In this document: piece after piece, positions 38,672 to 50,266 of the stretch | Layout: each line of letters begins with the position of its first letter | Position numbering within the stretch: the stretch's first letter is position 1 | DNA from: a virus | Strand: one strand, 5' to 3' | DNA length: 64,000 nt | IMG/VR virus record: IMGVR_UViG_3300046168_000070 | Location: 32,001 to 96,000 of that record | Program-made: the position numbers and the translations under genes | Notes under the pieces: model-generated | Told to the model about the DNA's origin: nothing | Databases searched by the model: none | What the model saw: the letters and a program-made list of their open reading frames with translations, nothing else

Positions 38672-38700
38672 TTGACATTATTGCTTCTTTTGATTATAAT
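38672..38700 (+). promoter_or_regulatory. sigma70 promoter
   Basis: TTGACA-17-TATAAT. Confidence 0.85.
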
Positions 38701-38722
38701 ATATATTTTATGGGAGTAGAAA

Positions 38723-39821
38723 ATGTTCGAATATAAAATAACTTACAAAAGAAGAGGAGATATGCTATCAAATTCTCATTACTACATGGCTTCAGACGCT
38801 AACGAAGCACTAGGTTATCAAATGGAAATGATTGAGCATAAAAATTGGAACATAGATATATTAAAAATAGAAAAATTTTGTAAATATTCTGAAAAATGGA
38901 TAGACGAAAGTGAAATACTAAAAGAAGAAAACAAACAATGAAATACTCAAACCTAATCGTAATATTATCATTAATAATGACATTTGGATTTTATAGTCCG
39001 AGCGTTTCCATAAACCCCAAGAATAAATTTCTTGCTAAAGTCGATGTCAAGCCTCAACAGGTAGAAGTTGATCCCTTTTTTGATAAAGAAATTGATCTTA
39101 GTGAGCATCAAGGTCATATACAAATAAACCCTGTCCCTCACCCTTTTAGCATTTCGGGAGAATATGTAGTTTGGGTTAATGGTAAAAGAGTGAATTTAAA
39201 TAGGCAAGAAGTTAAAAATCTTGCCGAATCCTTGAACTTACCACTTACGAAACCTCAAGATACTGCGGAAATTCATTCGGGAATGGGTTGGCAAACTCCA
39301 TTTGCAATTAAATAATATGTGGAATTATAGAATAATACAATCAAGCGATCAATTATATGGTTTATATGAAACTATATATAACGATGATGGAGAAATATCT
39401 GCTCACGCAGAAGAGCCAGAAGCGATAGGTTCTAGCGTTAAAGACTTATTAGATACTTTAAGATTAATGCTTGACGATGCACAAAAATCATCTTACAATA
39501 TATTAGAAATGGATAAAATAAAATTTGCCTCTTTAATAGATGAAAATGAAAAAGAGGAAGCTATCGAGATAGAAGATTTTACTAAACTTATGGGCTTAGA
39601 CCCAAATAAATATAAAAATAATGATTCAGATAGAGGACTCAAATAATGAAAATTACCACATAAATCCAAATAATGTGGTTTATGTTAAAGCAAGAATCGA
39701 TCCTGTTAAGGGGGAAAAGTGGTGGAAAATTACTTTTGTTAATGGTGAGCAATTACATACTCGCAATGAAGCGGGAGTTAATTCCATAGTAAATGCAATT
39801 AAACTCAAAATCAGAGGTTGA
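38723..39821 (+). other. Four small hypothetical genes (38723..38941, 38938..39315 with signal/TM, 39317..39646, 39621..39821)
   Basis: ORF track, overlapping stops and starts. Confidence 0.6.
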
Positions 39822-39929
39822 TTAAAAAGCTAATTAGTAAAAATGTTACATCGACTATAATTTCTCTTTCTAAGAAAAATAAAGTTAGTCCAATAATTAC
39901 ATACAAATTTTTCTCTAACTCGTTGCTCA

Positions 39930-40163
39930 CTATTGGTTTATTTTCTCAAATATTTTAACTACATCTTGTCTTCTATCTTCTAAAAGTCTGCTAGTTTGAA
40001 CCCATCTTTCAGCATCCCTCGCCCCATTCTTTGCTAAATCGACCTCAATGTCTCTTAATTTGTTAGACATTTTTTCTAATTTCATGCTTTCCCTTTTCAA
40101 AAAGAAAGCGATCACAGATACCATAACTCCCATTGCGATCATCAATATTTCGTTTATTTCCAT
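39930..40163 (-). CDS. Single-TM coiled-coil protein, holin/XhlA-like architecture
   Basis: MEINEILMIAMGVMVSVIAFFLKR + coiled coil; GTGTAT-N8-ATG upstream. Confidence 0.45.
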   Translation of the reverse strand: MEINEILMIAMGVMVSVIAFFLKRESMKLEKMSNKLRDIEVDLAKNGARDAERWVQTSRLLEDRRQDVVKIFEKINQ

Positions 40164-40171
40164 ACTAAGGA

Positions 40172-40177
40172 ATACAC
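40172..40177 (-). promoter_or_regulatory. GTGTAT variant motif
   Basis: GTGTAT-8 nt-ATG(40163). Confidence 0.55.
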
Positions 40178-40184
40178 AAAAAAC

Positions 40185-40213
40185 TTGACAGGTTAGATCA
40201 TGTCCCTTATAGT
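40185..40213 (+). promoter_or_regulatory. sigma70 promoter (leaderless, uvsE)
   Basis: TTGACA-17-TATAGT, ATG +6. Confidence 0.85.
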
Positions 40214-40219
40214 TATAAT

Positions 40220-41230
40220 ATGTCACAACAAATACTAGGCTTAACTTGCATTAGCGAGCAACTCAAAGAGAAAGACAAAGTTAAATATTCCTTTAGGACT
40301 ATGACTCGCAAAAGATTTAATGACTTGTGTAGTTCTCAAGGCAGGGATGAAGCTATCAATCAATTATCTGAAAGAATTTTGCACAATGTTGTTGTTACTC
40401 AATATATTGTCAATCATTGCCATGCCTCGGACATTAGGCATTATCGTCTTAGCTCTGCTCTTTTCCCTCTCCTTACCGATCAGACTTTGGAAATTTCTAT
40501 GGCAGAATTGCCTCACAAAGCAAGAATCGAAAAAGGGTTAGAGTTTATAGGTTTAATCGCCAAACGCTTTAATATATCAATAGGATCGCATCCCGATCAG
40601 TTTAATGTTCTTGCGTCTCCCGATAGGGATAAAGTTAATCGCACAATAAATGAACTGAATTTTCAAGCAAGAGTTCTCGATATGGTCGGATTACCTCAAG
40701 ACCATACTGCTCCAATGAATATACATATTAATTATTCGCCCAAAGCGGATGAGACGCTAGAAGTTGTTGCTACTAGATTCTTTCGCAATCTTTCTATGTG
40801 CGATAGAGGTGTTTACAATCGAATAACTATTGAGAACGAAGACAAAGGTTTCTTTAATGTAGATAACTGCATTAAATTTAGCGAGTATTTATTTGAAACA
40901 TTCAACGCAAATATTCCTGTTTGTTTTGACAATTTACATCATACTTGCAATCCATCAGAGGAATCATCTATTAAATGGCAAGCCGAGCGTTGTGCATATA
41001 CATGGGTTAATAATGGAGAAGGAGACAATCATTTTATTTCTCCTGTCTTTCATTGGTCAGAGGGTAAACCCGAAAAGCCTCGTTCTCATGCAGACTATGT
41101 CGCATTCGGTAATTTTCCACCACATATTGCTATTGACCCTCAATATCCTGCAATTTTCGAGGTAGAAACAAAGGCAAAGGATAAAGCTATTAAACTCTTA
41201 CAAAAACAAATGGCAGGGGGGTTAAGCTAA
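40220..41230 (+). CDS. uvsE: UV-damage endonuclease UvsE/UvdE
   Basis: LGLTCIS, HYRLSSALFP, SHPDQFNVLAS, MNIH, IENED, FDNLHH, FHWSE, HADY, EVETKAKDKA. Confidence 0.93.
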   Translation: MSQQILGLTCISEQLKEKDKVKYSFRTMTRKRFNDLCSSQGRDEAINQLSERILHNVVVTQYIVNHCHASDIRHYRLSSALFPLLTDQTLEISMAELPHKARIEKGLEFIGLIAKRFNISIGSHPDQFNVLASPDRDKVNRTINELNFQARVLDMVGLPQDHTAPMNIHINYSPKADETLEVVATRFFRNLSMCDRGVYNRITIENEDKGFFNVDNCIKFSEYLFETFNANIPVCFDNLHHTCNPSEESSIKWQAERCAYTWVNNGEGDNHFISPVFHWSEGKPEKPRSHADYVAFGNFPPHIAIDPQYPAIFEVETKAKDKAIKLLQKQMAGGLS

Positions 41231-41239
41231 AATCTTGTC

Positions 41240-41947
41240 ATGCCTTGTGATTGTAAAAAATGTCTCGATTGTGGAGAATTAAAATCCTTAGATCAATTCA
41301 CTAAAGATTCTTCTAAAAAAGATGGCAAAAATATTTATTGCATTCCTTGTAGAAACAAAAGGACTGCAAAATGGAAAGCTGAAACTAACTACAATGAAGA
41401 ACGATTAATTAAAAGCATATCAAAGCAATATCGTAAAAAATACTTACGAATTATTAACGAAAACTTGACGCACTTTTTTTATTTAAAACAATACCTTGAT
41501 TTATTTTTTTTTATCTTGCTTTGTGTTTTAAAAAATCATAATGATGTAATTAATAAAAGACGCAGAACTCAAAGAGTCTACAATAAAGAAAAAAGAAGAC
41601 CAATCGATCCTGCTTTAAAAGCTCACCATGAGCAGTTAAGAAGGTGTAGGAAAAAATCCGCCATTTTACTATCTTCTGATAATTTAATAATCAAACAAAT
41701 AATCAATAATAGAATTGCCCTTGATAGTTATGGAGAAACTAAATGGTCTGTCGATCATTTAATACCGATCTCGAAGGGCGGCTCACATCATCAAGATAAT
41801 TTACAAATCATCAAACTTTCTGAAAACATAGCAAAAAATAATCATAGTTATGAGCGATACGCCTATATAAAAACTCGTTGGGCTATAAATAAAGAGTCTT
41901 TTAAAAATCCGTTGTCTCCTTATTTTAAAATAACCCTTGACAAATAA
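41240..41947 (+). CDS. HNH homing endonuclease with N-terminal CxxC...CxxC zinc finger
   Basis: CLDCGELK.LDQF...DG...YCIPC; VDHLIPISKGGSHHQDNLQI....N..K. Confidence 0.8.
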   Translation: MPCDCKKCLDCGELKSLDQFTKDSSKKDGKNIYCIPCRNKRTAKWKAETNYNEERLIKSISKQYRKKYLRIINENLTHFFYLKQYLDLFFFILLCVLKNHNDVINKRRRTQRVYNKEKRRPIDPALKAHHEQLRRCRKKSAILLSSDNLIIKQIINNRIALDSYGETKWSVDHLIPISKGGSHHQDNLQIIKLSENIAKNNHSYERYAYIKTRWAINKESFKNPLSPYFKITLDK

Positions 41948-41964
41948 TAAAAAACCTACATAAT
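41937..41964 (+). promoter_or_regulatory. sigma70 promoter (leaderless)
   Basis: TTGACA-16-CATAAT, ATG +8. Confidence 0.7.
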
Positions 41965-42792
41965 TAAATACTATGAATAGATTTGAATTAGAAGATGCAA
42001 TGAGTGATGTTCACCAAGTAGGTGAAGATATAGAAACAATGATATATGCGATTGGAGATTCTCCAATCAAACATACCGAAGACCAATTATTAAATATGCT
42101 TATCGGCATAAAACAACTGCATGAGACTCGTTATCAAAAAATGTGGAATGTCTTTGAGCAGTTAATTAAAAAAGGAATTATATCAAATAAAGAAGGAGAC
42201 ATAGAATAATGATCGAAGTAGGAAAACTTTGGAGAGTTGACGAAAAAGTTGCGTTAGAAATAATTGATTTAGCGATAACTCATATTAAAAAAGTTGAGCT
42301 TAATCCCGAAGTCGAAACTGAAGGTGACAATTTTGACTATTGGAATAGTTACAAGCTAGAAGATGGCACTTTTGTAGATTACAATATCCATTGTGGTGAA
42401 GACATAGGGAGAATAAATGCTGAAACAGGTGAGTTTGAGTATTCTGATCCTAGTGAATGGTCATGGGATGTCGCTTGTTATGCAGTTGATCCGCCAAATA
42501 AAGATAATCCTTATCATCAAATTGATACAGATAGGGAACATTATTTATTTAATTATAATAAAGATGGAAATGGAGAAATTGTATATGAACATTGAGTCTC
42601 AAATATTGAAAGGCATTGAAAATTTTTTAAAAGAAAATGGTTATGAAACATCATTCTCTCCAAACTTGCAATCAAAACAAACTCAAATAGAGCTTGCTAG
42701 GGCAATCAAAAAAGAAATGAATTTTTATTTAAAAGGTAAAAGCTAATATGTATAATTGGATATTTTTATTTGAATTATTTTTTATAATAGGG

Positions 42793-42821
42793 TTGACAAT
42801 ATTAATAATTATAGCTAGTCT
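42793..42821 (+). promoter_or_regulatory. sigma70 promoter (leaderless)
   Basis: TTGACA-17-TAGTCT, ATG +6. Confidence 0.75.
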
Positions 42822-43891
42822 TTAAGTATGAGCGGAGAAGGTTTATCAGTTAGTTTTAGAAGAACATCCTTTACGGATAAGTCTAATGCAGAACTCCTTG
42901 AGGAGTTTCAAAAGATCATCTACAATAGTAGAGTTATGAGGCACATGAAATGGTATGGCAAACTTAATAGTGTTGACATACTAGAGCATGGTGACGACAA
43001 CCCGACCAAAATTTCAACAAGAATATGTTGCAATTAAAGACACTTTTCAATTTGAGATTAGTGTTTATGAGTCTTGGTACGAAGATGCTGATCTTTATGA
43101 GTCGTATGAAGTAGAAGATAGTTTTGTGTCTCTTGCTTTTAAGTTCGCCAAAGATAACAACTTGATGTATTTTTCCCAAGGTTTTCCTGCGGAATGGATA
43201 GAGACAGAAACTGCTGATGGAGAAAGATGTTGGAATCATTATAATGTAAAACCCGATGATAAAAACATTGACAAGATATGCAAGATATGGCATGATTATA
43301 GTATGAATATGGTTAAAGCAGGACAATGTGGTCAAACTGACGAAATGAAAAGTCATTATTGGAAATCAGCAAGAGATCAAATAAAAGAATTAATGGAATA
43401 TGAATATGCAAAATAGATCAGATAATTATTTAACAGAGCAATACAATCGAAATCGTCCACCATCAGAACATATCTCAAATGTGGATCAAATATCAAACGC
43501 TTACTCGCAAAGTTGGTTGACAATCAGACGAGAAGATAATACGGACGATTGGTCTGCTCCGATTATGTGGTTAGATGACGAATCGGAATATGATCTTTTT
43601 GCATTTAATGACCTAAATATAGATTGGGTGGAAGAAATGGATAAAGAGGGTGCTCCAATTATAGATGGCGATCATTTAGGCAGAGATATTTGCATTGAAG
43701 TAACCTGCCCATCCAAGGGTTGGAATAAAAGAAGGGCAATAGGATACAACATAGATTTTGATTGGAACTAATGAAGAAAAAATCAAGCGGAAATGGCAAA
43801 GGCGATTCGCCTAGAAACAATGCTTCAAAAAAATTTAGAGATAACTATTCTGAAATAAATTGGAGAAAAGTTCGCAAGGCTAAAAAACTTC

Positions 43892-43920
43892 TTGACAAAA
43901 ACAAGAATAAATAATATCAT
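43892..43920 (+). promoter_or_regulatory. sigma70 promoter (leaderless)
   Basis: TTGACA-17-TATCAT, ATG +7. Confidence 0.8.
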
Positions 43921-44459
43921 TATATACATGATAGAAGATAATACAAAAATTAGTAAACACATTCTCATTAATACTTTAGCAAAACCGCCTTATGCTTATT
44001 TAGGTCATGCTGATCTATCCAAATTTGAAGCGAACACAAAGAATCGTGCATTTAAGATGAATAGAGTTAATAAAAAATATATATTAGAGGAAGATTGGAA
44101 ATGAAAATACAAGTAACTAACTACGGGAAAACATATACCATTGAATCTGATGAAGACCATGATGTTGAGAGTGTCGCAGATATGTTCAAGAGCTTGCTTG
44201 TAAGTATGGGATACCATCCATGCAATGTAGACGCATTATTTAATACAGAGTATAAATGGTTTACTGAAGAAGAATTAGAGCAGAATCTGCAAGGTCATCA
44301 AAGTGGCTCAAATGCGATAGTGAACAAATGGCACAACGAATGTTTGCATGAATCTAAAGAGTCTTTTTCAGAAAGAAAAAAGAGGGTAGAGGAATGGCAA
44401 AATAATCTTTATCGTCCCGAAGATGATGATTTCGATGAATACGATATGTTTAAATAGAT

Positions 44460-44750
44460 ATGACAGAATACGAGATAGAATTAAAAGAAACTCCCGAAGG
44501 TGAATTATTTTTTCGCATACCCGATGATGCTCTTGGTCGATTAGGTTGGGAAGAAGGTGATGAGTTAAAGTTTGAAGAAAGGGATGGTGCAGTTCTGATT
44601 CGCAAAATTAAATACGAAAGCGTTGAGCTAGAATTTGACGATGAAGAACTTCTTAAATATATGAAGTTTGCACATGAATCGGGGATTACATTTAATCAAC
44701 TTTGCGAAGACGCAATTAGATCAAAATTAGATGAAATTAATTCTGAGTAA
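44460..44750 (+). CDS. AbrB/SpoVT-type DNA-binding protein
   Basis: GELFFRIPDDALGRLGWEEGDELKFEERDGAVLIRK. Confidence 0.7.
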   Translation: MTEYEIELKETPEGELFFRIPDDALGRLGWEEGDELKFEERDGAVLIRKIKYESVELEFDDEELLKYMKFAHESGITFNQLCEDAIRSKLDEINSE

Positions 44751-44958
44751 ATTTTTATATTATTGTGGAGATTTGGTTAGTCGGCTTTTGTATTTTAATT
44801 GTCTTAGTTGGTTGTATCCATTTTATAACAAAATAATGTTGCTAAGTTCTAAGCTAGATAAAGAAGGCGAGGTATGGAAATATCATGCCCCAAAATTATC
44901 TGATGAACAATTAAAAGAATTAACTAAAGAAGTTAAAAAAAGAAAACTACATGAATAA
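44731..44958 (+). CDS. Hypothetical protein
   Basis: 75 aa ORF overlapping both neighbours. Confidence 0.5.
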   Translation: MKLILSKFLYYCGDLVSRLLYFNCLSWLYPFYNKIMLLSSKLDKEGEVWKYHAPKLSDEQLKELTKEVKKRKLHE

Positions 44959-45579
44959 TGAAGTGGAATTATTAGGTCACTATGGTAGTGATGAAATTAT
45001 TGCCTGTTCAGCGTGGACAAGCACAAGCAGGAATTTAACTGAAGAAAAAAAACAACGCATTCCCAAGCTTATTAATATGCTTTGGAGTAATGGTCACGAA
45101 ACTCCCTTTGAAAAAGGTGTTGTTCATTTTTTAGTCGATACAGAAATTGCTAGTCATATACATTTACTGAAGCATAGAATTGCTTCGATTAATGCAGAGT
45201 CAGCAAGGTATAAAGAATTAAAAGAGGATAAAATATTTATCCCCGATGATTTCCCAAATAAATGGAAACAAAAATTAATTGATTATAGTGATGAAGGTAA
45301 TAACTTATATCATTCATGCTAGAAGAACTTGAGCCAATCTTAGGCAGGAAAAGAGCGAAAGAGTCTGCTAGATTCTTCAAGACTTACAATTCTCGGATAC
45401 AAGCAGATGTGATGTTCAATATGCGTAGCTTTGCAAATTTTTTAAATCTTAGAAATAGTGAACACGCACAAAAAGAAATTAGAGAAATAGCCTTGACAAT
45501 GTTAGAGTTAGTAACTAATATCGAAGGACAACCATTCAAATATACATTAGAAGCATTCAATGAATCAAGAAAAAAGTGA
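44951..45579 (+). CDS. thyX: Flavin-dependent thymidylate synthase, split by a frameshift at ~45318
   Basis: HETPFE, KHRIASINAESARY (RHRX7SXR-type) in ORF 44951..45322; AKESARFF, FNMRSF.NFL.LR..EHAQ.EIRE.A in ORF 45316..45579. Confidence 0.9.
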
Positions 45580-45720
45580 ATACATTATTATTGATTGGAA
45601 TCGCCCACATGGTCACGAAAGATTGCCAACGAATAAAAAAATTCTCTTGACAAAAGATGAGGCTTATGATTTAAATAAGTTGCTTACATTAAATGGCGAA
45701 AATAAAAGATATGTTAAATT

Positions 45721-46374
45721 ATGAATGAATACATTTATATACTTAGAGAGAGCAACAAAAGATCAAAAAATTATTTCAAGATAGGAAAAGGTTGTGGTTC
45801 TAAAAGAAAATATGATGCAGGAAGGTATAGACATATACAAATAGGTAACCCAAGAAAATTATATTTAATTGAAAAAATATATGATGCAAATGCCGACAAG
45901 CTAGAACCCTTTTTTCATAAAAATCTTATGGAATTTCATTATAGAGGTGAATGGTTTTATCTTAACGAAGAATTATTTTTGAATAAAATAAAAGAAATTA
46001 AAAACTCATTTAAAAATTTAAATTCTACTGAAATCAAAAAAATTAAAAGTCCATTAAAATTTTTATCTAATAACGAGCAAGCTAAATTACTTGGGCAAAA
46101 AAGTGCTACGAAGAGAAGGCAATATGCAATAAATTGGGCTAAAGAAGTAAATCTATTTGGTTTAATACAAGAAGCTATTGACACTTTAGAAAACCCAAAT
46201 CTTAAAAATGTCGCCAAATTTCTTAATAATAAAGGAGTAAAAACAAGAAGTGGTCATTGCTTTAGTGGATCAAACTTACATAAACAACTTACTCGCTTCA
46301 ATGAGGTTAATCTAAGGCAACAAATTAATCGCTTGGGTGTTAATTGGAAAGAATTAAAAAATCAACATAAATGA
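45721..46374 (+). CDS. T5orf172/GIY-YIG-like nuclease with recombinase-type DNA-binding tail
   Basis: YIYIL...YFKIG...RY..IQIGNP, E..FH....EFHYRGEWF; C-term VAKFLN.KGVKTRSG. Confidence 0.65.
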   Translation: MNEYIYILRESNKRSKNYFKIGKGCGSKRKYDAGRYRHIQIGNPRKLYLIEKIYDANADKLEPFFHKNLMEFHYRGEWFYLNEELFLNKIKEIKNSFKNLNSTEIKKIKSPLKFLSNNEQAKLLGQKSATKRRQYAINWAKEVNLFGLIQEAIDTLENPNLKNVAKFLNNKGVKTRSGHCFSGSNLHKQLTRFNEVNLRQQINRLGVNWKELKNQHK

Positions 46375-47041
46375 AAACAATACATAATACTAAAAACTGC
46401 AATTACAGAAGGTTCTTGCACAAAAAACTAAAGAATGGAAAAATTAGTGGTCGCTTTTATAAGTTTCTTTGCAGAAGTCATCCGTATCGCATTACAACTC
46501 GTAACATCGAGTTAATTGTAAGAGAGATTCTTGATGGTAAGATGACAGAAGACAAAGGTATTCGCCTACTAAAACAAGATACTAGCGAGCTAAAGATGCA
46601 GAAAGAGATGTATAAATCAAATATAGAGTATGCTAAAAAAGTTAAAACATAAATTAAAACAAATATACGAACTCTTCGCTTGTATTGGAATTTTCATGAT
46701 CATTATGTATTTATTAGTAGTGTATATATTAACAGGAAAAGATTAAATAATGAAAGAAATAATAATTAAAGTTTTAAAAAATTTTGCTGACTTACAAGTA
46801 AACCTAGAATCAGATTCGGCAAGAGAAATAATTGCGTCAGAGATAGAACTTAATTTAATAAAAAATAATGTTAATTTAAGTATTGATTCGTTGGAGCAAA
46901 TTTGCGAGGATAAAGGTACTGATGATTGTTGTGGGGGCAACTGCCATCAATGATCTGCTTAAACTATAAAGGCTTGAAGATTATAGAAGACCTTCACAAG
47001 TTGCGAGCAGAAACAAAAATCCATAAGCAGAAAAAAAAGTC

Positions 47042-47070
47042 TTGACATATCACTTTTGTTGGTTCATACT
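47042..47070 (+). promoter_or_regulatory. sigma70 promoter (leaderless)
   Basis: TTGACA-17-CATACT, ATG +6. Confidence 0.8.
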
Positions 47071-47331
47071 TAAATCATGAACGAAAACAGAAGAAAAGAG
47101 TTGCTTGAAGAAATTAAAGAAATGAATCCCGAAGCAATGTTTGCCGATGGGTTTGATGATTCTATTCTTGGTCATGATACTAAAGGTAGAGTTGTATACT
47201 CTGTTGATTCTATTCTTGAGACTCTCACAGAAAGAGACAATATGAGCGTGGAAGAAGCTCAAGAATATTTTTATTTTAATATTGATGGAGCGTATGTCGG
47301 TGAATACACTCCAATTTATATCTATTAATAC

Positions 47332-47360
47332 TTGACAATAACAAAAAACTAAATTAGGAT
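47332..47360 (+). promoter_or_regulatory. sigma70 promoter (leaderless)
   Basis: TTGACA-17-TAGGAT, ATG +6. Confidence 0.8.
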
Positions 47361-49051
47361 TATAACATGAAAACATACGAAGTAGAAATGGCAAGTACGA
47401 CATATCGTACTTTTGAGGTTGAAGCAGATTCGCCCGAAGATGCTCAAAATAAAGCGTTCCTTGAACTAGATGCTGATTCGGAGATTAGTAAAGCGTGGAG
47501 ACAAAATGCAGAAGTTGTTTTCTGCGAACCTCAAGGTGGAACATCGCACATGGATGACGATGAGTTTGGTGCTTATATTAGAGGCGAGAGCGTAGACGCT
47601 GACACAATGGATTATGATGGCATGGGAAATCACAAAAGATAATAAAATGAAAGAGATCATAGGAGACGATTATCCAACTTACGAAGAATCTGCAAATCTT
47701 ACTCTTGCAGAGAAACAAAAGGCTGAGGCTTTGACTTATCTCACAGAAGTAGAGAGCGAAATCAATAAGCAAAACATTGAAAGATTAATGAAAGAAAATC
47801 TTGAGCTTAGACATCGCTTGTCTTGTATTGCTGATGACATTGAAATTATTGATAGGCACATTAAAAATAATTGCAACAAAAGATTTAAAAGACCAAGCTT
47901 GAATAAAGATGGCAGTATCTATGCAGATGAAGCATGGCACAATGTTACAAATATAGAAATTGCTTGTGATTTAAATGATGACGAGCCATTATATTGGGGA
48001 AGTAAAATCAAAGGAGAACTCACCCAAGACCAAATCATGGAAATGGAACAACAAATGCGATGAACATCGACTATTCTTTATTAGAAAAACAAAGAGATCA
48101 TTTGCTCGCAATCTTGTGGCATGACTCCAAACCTTCACAAGAAAGAGAAGATGAGCCTGTCCCACTAGATAGAGAATTAGGTTGGGGCATTGTACATTTA
48201 CTAGACGATTTACTAGATCAAGACTATTACAAAAATAAAAAAGCATGAGTAAGAAAAGAGAATATTGCGTTGGGGTTAAAATAATTAATTGCTTTTATGT
48301 TGAAGCAGAAAGTCGAGATGAAGCAGAGCAAATAGTAAGAGAGTATGATCCGTACAAGACTCTTGATGATTGTGATTTTAATATTGAGTATGCTGATCCT
48401 ACGAATGGAGAAATTGCTTGGAAAATAAAAGCGGATGAAGTTGATTGGAAAAAACTCGATGAACAATAAAGCATTAAGTGGATTAAAATTAGAAGCAGAA
48501 TCAATTCAAGAATTAAAAGATACTCATAATTTTATTGACGAATTAGAAGAAGAGCTTGAATGGTATTGTCGCAATGCTTCAGATGAAGAAGAACATATTA
48601 TACATTTAGAAAACTCGTTAGATAAATTATATAGAAAATTAGAATTATTAGAAAAATTATGAAATTAACTAAATATCAAAAAGCTAGATTACTTGAACAT
48701 GAATGGGATGTAATTTCTAACGATCATGGAAATTGTGCTTGGATCAGTATCGCTCCCGAAGATGGTGCTATTTTTGGACAAGTTGCTAAAGAATTAGGCT
48801 TGACAGGAGATGGTGAAGATATTAAGCTATTGATAGTAGGAACACAGGAAGGAGAATAAATATGAGAACAACTGAAAGACAATCTAGGGAAGGAGAACCA
48901 TCTATTGATGATATGCGTTATGATCTTGCCGAAGCAGATGCAATGAACATGAATGTTGGTCAAATCATAGAGATGCTATTGGATGGTGTTCAAGGTTTAA
49001 ATGAAATTCCCGACATTGAAATAAAAGATGAATGGAATCAAATTTTTGGGG

Positions 49052-49080
49052 TTGACAAATAATCCAATTGCCACTATTGT
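49052..49080 (+). promoter_or_regulatory. sigma70 promoter (leaderless)
   Basis: TTGACA-17-TATTGT, ATG +6. Confidence 0.8.
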
Positions 49081-49475
49081 TTTATCATGGACTATACAAG
49101 AGAAATAATATATGGATTTAAACTAATAGATCGTCTAATATCTAATTCAATAGATGATTTATCGAAAGAATGTGCGAGTGAAATTGACGATAGATACAAT
49201 TTGCTCTTAGAATACGAAGAATTTTTTAAATATGACGAGAAAAGATTTAATTATGAAATCAGAAACTTTCTTATATGGATGTGCGATGTAATTTTACTTG
49301 ATACTTTATAATATGAAATTAAAAGAAGCAATCGAATTAGTCTTAAATGAAGCAGAATCTTCAGCTTTAGGAGAAAATAACCAAGAGGTGCTTGACGCAG
49401 TAGAGATGGTTAATAAATTCTATCGAGTTTTCGGGCATCATTTTCAAAATTTTACTTTGCCCGAAGAATTAAATC

Positions 49476-49504
49476 TTGACAAAGATTAAAAAACCTGTCA
49501 GTAT
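49476..49504 (+). promoter_or_regulatory. sigma70 promoter (leadered)
   Basis: TTGACA-17-CAGTAT, AAAGGA leader, ATG 49536. Confidence 0.7.
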
Positions 49505-50260
49505 TAAATAATTAACAATTAACAAAGGAAGAAAAATGAATTATTTTACAAATACAAATGTCCGTTGGAAAACATGGTCACCCGAAAATGTTATTTTAAA
49601 AGCAATCAATTGGTAAAGAAGGTTTTACCCTCTGAACATATTTTGTCATGGAAGAGTAAAGGTGATCGTGACCGAAAAATGTGCGAGATGACAGGTTGCG
49701 AGGCAACTCAAGCGAATCAATTTGGTGGACAACCATATACATATTATACCAAAGAAAACTATAAAGGAATCATGGTTCAATTAAAAGATGTAAAAGATGA
49801 TTTTCCATCTGCTAATATTGACTTTATTGATTGGACAGAGAGAAAAGATAGTGTCGGCAACATGAAAGGTCATCTTGATATATTAGTTTATCTAAATGCT
49901 TTTCATCAACCTTGGCAATATGTTAAATGTCCTCAAACAGGAAATTGGGTCAGAAAAAGCACAGGTAATACTGCTCCATTACGAGAAGGTTATCGTATGT
50001 GTTATGGTGGACAAGGTGATGCCAATGCTTTAGACTTTGACGAATTCCATGAGATGATTCAAATAACAGAAATGATCAGAGATTTTCTTGTTGATGTTAT
50101 TATCCCCACAAAGAATGGCGAATTAGTTGAAGAAGATTTATTAGTAGCATGACTAATTTACCCGAAATTTTTTATGTTTTAAATATAGTAACAGGATGCG
50201 TTTTCGTTTTACTTTTTCTCTTTTTTGTGATGAGTGGAGAATAATTATATAAAATTATAT

Positions 50261-50266
50261 GTGTAA
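50261..50266 (+). promoter_or_regulatory. GTGTAA motif
   Basis: GTGTAA-8 nt-ATG(50275). Confidence 0.65.

Larger units (their letters stand above)
41973..44457 (+). other. Cluster of small hypothetical genes (41973..42209, 42209..42595, 42585..42746, 42828..43037/42988..43416, 43400..43771, 43928..44104, 44095..44457)
   Basis: ORF track plus promoter-defined starts. Confidence 0.6.

Noticed and set aside
41450-41550. T-rich hydrophobic stretch inside the HNH gene, suspected to be an invertible segment
   Set aside because: Only a 7-bp AT-rich inverted repeat flanks it, and inversion introduces stops; no invertase seen
44951-45579. Stop-codon reassignment (TAG readthrough) as the cause of the thyX split
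   Set aside because: The continuation is in another frame; TAG, TGA and TAA all end intact genes elsewhere
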